From: a virus
Taxonomy: Duplodnaviria > Caudoviricetes
Virus record (IMG/VR): IMGVR_UViG_3300037047_000246
Length of the DNA stretch: 64,000 nucleotides
Strand: one strand, 5' to 3'
Shown: in pieces, positions 63,896 to 64,000 of the stretch
How the letters are laid out: every line of letters starts with the position of its first letter
Position numbering within the stretch: the first letter of the stretch is position 1
Position numbers and translations under genes: made by a program
The notes under the pieces: model-generated
Database searches by the model: none
What the model saw: only the letters and a program-made list of their open reading frames with translations
What the model was told of the DNA's origin: nothing

Positions 63896-64000
63896 CTGGA
63901 ACAAAATGATGCAAACGATTGCAATCGTGCTGATATTGGCGTTCGTAGCGGCGTCAGTATTCGCGTCCTGGTGGGTGCTCGCTGCCATGGTGGAGCGTGC

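Noticed and set aside
1-64000. Genome-wide TGA recoding (genetic code 4 or 25)
   Set aside because: Most genes, including purB and the ligase, end at TGA with ATGA/GTGA overlaps, and the long genes have no internal TGA. Only two site-specific cases were seen.
1-64000. tRNA or rRNA genes, integrase or att sites
   Set aside because: No cloverleaf with T-loop/D-loop consensus, rRNA-like tract or recombinase motif was recognised by eye; tRNAscan-SE would be needed to exclude tRNAs formally.

Overview
This window is part of a large, GC-rich tailed-phage genome, almost all on the minus strand. The host is probably a myxobacterium or related deltaproteobacterium; that is an inference from the Cys-rich lipoproteins and the SWIM-ligase architecture. 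From 1 to 7.3 kb is a virion/tail-fibre module (two collagen-repeat paralogues, a Gly-rich fibre, a CBM-like protein) with a papain-like C1A protease. From 7.3 to 64 kb is a dense accessory region of mostly tiny ORFs. It also holds purB, a sigma70-family factor, a MazG-like protein, a DksA/TraR finger, a metallophosphoesterase, a DUF2829/Tad2-like protein, a SWIM-ATP-dependent DNA ligase, a BRCT protein, a MoxR AAA+/VWA-metallopeptidase pair and five homing-endonuclease-like genes. The main discovery is that about 50 otherwise unrelated accessory proteins end in the same C-terminal heptapeptide, [V/I/L]-x-x-[V/I]-[H/Q/M]-x-x-COOH, most often ending [E/D/N/S]-[S/E/A]. It is encoded with varied synonymous codons, is grafted onto at least three scaffold types, occurs as nearly tag-only micro-ORFs, and in two genes lies just beyond an in-frame TGA. 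Core enzymes, virion proteins and lipoproteins lack it. A second hidden layer is a promoter-like cassette (GC-rich spacer or hairpin, CGTACCG, usually GGAGGTGA, ATG) repeated about 16 times between 29.7 and 63.3 kb. Several frameshifts at homopolymers suggest some sequencing error, so the disrupted-gene claims are flagged accordingly. No tRNA, rRNA or CRISPR array could be supported.
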